Shown in pieces: positions 60,579 to 64,000 of a stretch of 64,000 nt of DNA. Location of the stretch: the IMG/VR virus record IMGVR_UViG_3300023082_000011, positions 410 through 64,409 of that record; one strand, written 5' to 3'. The notes under the pieces were generated by a model. The model was not told the origin of the DNA, made no database searches, and saw nothing but the letters and a program-made list of their open reading frames with translations. The position numbers and the translations under genes were made by a program. Position 1 is the stretch's first letter. Each line of letters starts with the position of its first letter. This DNA is from a virus.

Positions 60579-60916
60579 TTGATAAATTCAACTACTGATT
60601 TATAAACGGCCGATAGTTTTGTAAAATCGCCGCCTCCGTTATCTGCGATTGATAAATCATTTCTTTTACTGATTAGACAATAGGTCTCTATTATTTCAAC
60701 AGCATAGCCTAGACCTTCAATCTCCTCAACCACGGGCATGAGCCAATCGTATGAAACATCATATTCCAATTGCTCCGGGGTATGGTCGTCATTCCAATAG
60801 ATTGCGGATACGTCCATTTCCCTACGTTCCTTGCCTTCTATGGAATAAGTACCGTTTTTAAGTTTACCTCCCATAAACTCGGCTATCAAAATATTATTTT
60901 CTACTATGCTTTTCAT
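60548..60916 (-). CDS. hypothetical protein (122 aa)
   Basis: ORF track. Confidence 0.35.
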   Translation of the reverse strand: MKSIVENNILIAEFMGGKLKNGTYSIEGKERREMDVSAIYWNDDHTPEQLEYDVSYDWLMPVVEEIEGLGYAVEIIETYCLISKRNDLSIADNGGGDFTKLSAVYKSVVEFIKWYNTNTDKS

Positions 60917-60999
60917 AAACTATCAGTATTTAATTGTTTTTACTCCGTCGATGTACAATTTTAACCAAAGCTACTATTAACGGCACGTCCAAAAATAAA

Positions 61000-62558
61000 C
61001 TATATTACGGCTTCATCGGTTTTATACACGGGAATTTCCAGCATATAAACCTTGTCAACCAAAAATTGGGCTATTTCCTGCCCGTTTTTGCCCTCGGCTT
61101 CCAAAAGATTCATTAAGGTGGCTCCACGCTCCGAAGTTTTCCGTAGCGAGGTATCGGTAATCTTTTGTGTTTTTGCGTCCGTCTGTACGCTTATATAGTA
61201 GCCTAATGGTTTTTCAGTTATCTCCACGCTATCCATAAAGGCGCGAAATTCAAAACTTAGTTCTTTGTTCATGGGTTCAATATCTTATTTAATGCGTTCC
61301 TTACCCTGTTCTCCCCGTCTTTAAGGCCTTCCCGATAGGCGTATTCCATTATGATGTCGGTCACTAGATACTGTACGTCAGTCAGTAGTATGCTTTGTTT
61401 GAGTCCCAAAAAATTGATAGTGTTTTTTCTGACTTGAAAGTACCCGCCCAGCACTTCAACCTCAAACCCGGCGGATTTTAGTAACTCAATGCCCTGTTGT
61501 TCGATTTCAATCATAGCAAGCGTAATTTTGTGTTTAACTCTATGACTTCCAACACGGCGGCGTTATCGGCTTCAACGATGTTCACGGCTTCCTGCTCACT
61601 TTTGGCATATACGGTGGCGTAGTCTGGATCGGTGCAGGTACTTAACAGTACATGTAGCATGTATTTTTTCATAGTCCTATGATTTATTTTGTTTAGCCCA
61701 CACAAGGGTATTATACATTGCATTAAGTTTGTTGTAGAACTCGTTTGCCTTTACGCATGGTATCGTATCCGATTCATTGAACGCCCCACTATGCCCACCG
61801 TTTTCAACCCTGACCGTTATAAGGCGATAACCCCCGTAGTAACGTTGATACTCAATATCTAAGTAATGGCTTCTACCCTCGTCTATCGCCTGTTGTTTTG
61901 AAATGGGTAACCCCGCCTCACTGGCTAACATTTTAAATACGCTTTGTATCTGGTTATTTGTCGTCCTCATTTGTTAGATGTTTTTAAGTTCAGATTTTTT
62001 ACAGTTTGTCTGTTTTGAGTGCCTGTATATGACGTTGTTATCCTTACACCATTTCCATAGCAAAGTAATATGGTTACCCTCATCAAAGTAAGGTAAGATA
62101 AGTTGTTCCTGAAGTTCCGCAAGTGTTTCCTGCTCATATTGGTTGCCATATCCATATTGGAAGGGGAGTTTAATCTGTTTTTCGCCGGGCATTCCAAAAT
62201 TCAAGGTTACCAAGGCCGCGAAGTAGCTGTTACCATTTACCTTGTCAAACCATTCCTTTGCCTGTATGTCGATAGTTTTTATGTCCTGTTGTTTCATAAC
62301 TTAGAATTATTTATACCTTCCATTATTACTATCAACCATTTGCATGGCTTCTTGTTCTGTTTGTATCCTGTCCTTACCCCAACGGGTAGAACTCATGGAA
62401 TCTTCACTATTATTTCCATAAGAAAATACGATATTTCTGAACTCTCCCACGCCTATGGATACATACCCATGCCTAAATGATTTTCTGTAGCATTTATAAC
62501 CTAATGACTTATTACCGTCCCAATCTATTAAAGTCCAATCTTTATATTTTGTTTTCAT
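61000..62558 (-). CDS. run of six small genes (90, 81, 70, 97, 107, 83 aa)
   Basis: ORFs 61000..61272, 61269..61514, 61511..61723, 61677..61970, 61974..62297 and 62307..62558; ATGA overlaps. Confidence 0.3.
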
Positions 62559-62630
62559 AAATTTATGTTTTAGAATGTTTTACAAAAAGAAAAGGGGACG
62601 TTACAATTTTGTGGTTGTATCCGTCCCCCT

Positions 62631-62658
62631 GGGCTGGCTGTGAAAGATGTTTTTAGCC
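62631..62658. repeat. conserved hairpin motif, copy 2 (cccccgcaaccaatccaatgatttacggg)
   Basis: Matches 55091..55128; located in a ~700-bp noncoding region upstream of the last minus-strand gene block. Confidence 0.45.
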
Positions 62659-63760
62659 CCCGCAACCAATCCAATGATTTACGGGGTTATGTTTGCAATG
62701 TCGCGCCTCTTAAGGCCACAATGCATTCCTATTAGTTACGTGATAAATTTGTGAATAGGGTAAATTTAAATTTACCAAAAATCTCTATATTATCCGTTCT
62801 GAATATACCCGCCCCGGAATGTAGGCGGCATATAAACCCTAGAACACTGACAAGTTGTAATTTTCCTGTAATTACCTATGTCACTAGGTCTGTACCCCAA
62901 ACTAAGGTACGCATTCCCCCGAACTTAAACGAAACTTTTACATTTCATCCAGCCGTCGATGGCTTGTTTAGCGTTTGCAAATATGTCAACGAACTATCAT
63001 TTTTGCCCGGCAATGTCGCGACGTAACGCAATTTTAAGGAATTGCTTAGACCGTGAGTGCCTCCGTTTGGGCTGACGCTATGTTTTGGCTTCGTACATTT
63101 TACCACTCTGCCGGCGTCTATTCAAAGGTACAAACATTATCGGACTTTACAACTTTTTGGATGTTAACTTGTGTTAAAACATCCCCGCCCCGTTTGTACC
63201 ATAATCCAAAGAACTTATAAGGAAAGGTACTTATTCGCAGCCCCTTAAGGCTTCCCTTTCACCTATACAAATATAGGGCTTATTCCGTTACCGCCAAACT
63301 TTAAAACGTTAATTAAAGTTAACGTATCTAGTAGCTTATGATGCCTATACCTATCTCTCAAAGAACTATGGTAAAGATACGGCAACACACGGTAGCCACC
63401 AAATAATATATAGTTAACGAACGTTAAAAGAAATGCTTCACCAAACGCCCGCAATTGATTACCTATACATACCAATCTGATAAGATACAGCCAAACGAAG
63501 TACACATGAACATATGGATAAGATAAAGGGGAAGATGGGTAAGTGGCTTAGGCATGGGGAGGGAGACTGTCCAAATAAATCCCAAAAAAGTGTAGGGGGT
63601 GGGTATCGTTTTTGGTTTCGGTTTTCCGTTTGTTTGTCGGTTTGGCGGGGGTATGCGGAAAAGTCGGCGAGGCCCGGGGGGTTTTGAGGGTAAGTATTCC
63701 CCCTCCCAAGATATTTAAACGGTATGGGCGTAGTGTTGTCTCCCTCCCCCGACAAGGCAT

Positions 63761-63804
63761 AAAAAATCCCCACGAAAACTGATCCGTGGGGTGAACTTTT
63801 TATT
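63761..63804. terminator. bidirectional rho-independent terminator
   Basis: ccccacg-aaaactgat-cgtgggg hairpin flanked by AAAAAA on one side and TTTTTAT on the other. Confidence 0.4.
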
Positions 63805-64000
63805 ACCTGATGAAATTTACGCTGTCTTTCTCATAGTCCCTGCACTATTTTTATCAGATCAGAGATTTCCTTTTCCGCACTTCTCATGTTTGTACATTCC
63901 ATGTGGTAGTATTTTACTTTTTCTTCCCTCTTCTTGGTTTCGGTGGCGGATGTGGGGAGGAAGCTTACCCACAAATGTAATTCCTGTGACACCCTTTGGA

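Noticed and set aside
63263-63773. Three overlapping minus-strand ORFs (63263..63505, 63459..63773, 63548..63760).
   Set aside because: They sit in the G-rich island and a 700-bp gene-free region. Translations are low-complexity (Pro/Gly/Arg-rich) and overlap each other in different frames. Likely non-coding.
1-64000. Global stop-codon reassignment (TAG to Gln or TGA to Trp), as in some crAss-like and Lak phages.
   Set aside because: Of about 50 gene ends checked, most terminate in TAA or TGA, often as ATGA overlaps with the next start. Long genes (PolB 717 aa, helicase 486 aa, RNR, RT) are intact under the standard code. Only a handful of TAG contexts look readable. Local or conditional suppression remains possible and is reported as a finding, but wholesale recoding is not supported in this window.

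Overview
This window is AT-rich and very tightly packed. Almost every gene is on the minus strand, with many ATGA stop/start overlaps, which fits a large tailed-phage replication, nucleotide-metabolism and accessory region. Structural genes, terminase, rRNA and CRISPR arrays are absent.

Recognisable content, all read from protein motifs without database searches:
- Family-B DNA polymerase, a Prim-Pol (AEP) primase, a DnaB/gp4-like helicase and an SF2 DEAD-box helicase.
- Two C5-cytosine methyltransferases and one beta-class N6A/N4C methyltransferase; two of the three are interrupted by in-frame stop codons.
- At least five freestanding or intron-borne homing endonucleases (three GIY-YIG, two HNH) plus one T5orf172 protein.
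- A ribonucleotide reductase gene split by a roughly 1 kb group I intron that carries a GIY-YIG endonuclease.
- A contiguous RNA-repair cassette: Thg1-like 3'-5' tRNA polymerase, Rnl-type RNA ligase, T4-Pnk-like kinase/phosphatase and a metallophosphoesterase.
- A putative lysis pair of a GH73 glucosaminidase and a lipoprotein.
- A 44.5-55 kb block of mixed-orientation cargo: an XRE-family HTH regulator, lipoproteins, an IS1595-family transposase, a caspase/CHAT-like protein, three nucleases and an SPFH/NfeD-like pair.
- A complete Avd-less diversity-generating retroelement: reverse transcriptase, template repeat, and an adenine-mutagenised variable repeat at the 3' end of a 153-aa target gene.
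- An 83-nt class-II tRNA-like gene with an 8-nt anticodon loop.
- Two repeated hairpin motif families in noncoding DNA.
- A G-rich island at the right end.

Coordinates for hand-mapped elements may be off by 1-2 nt.
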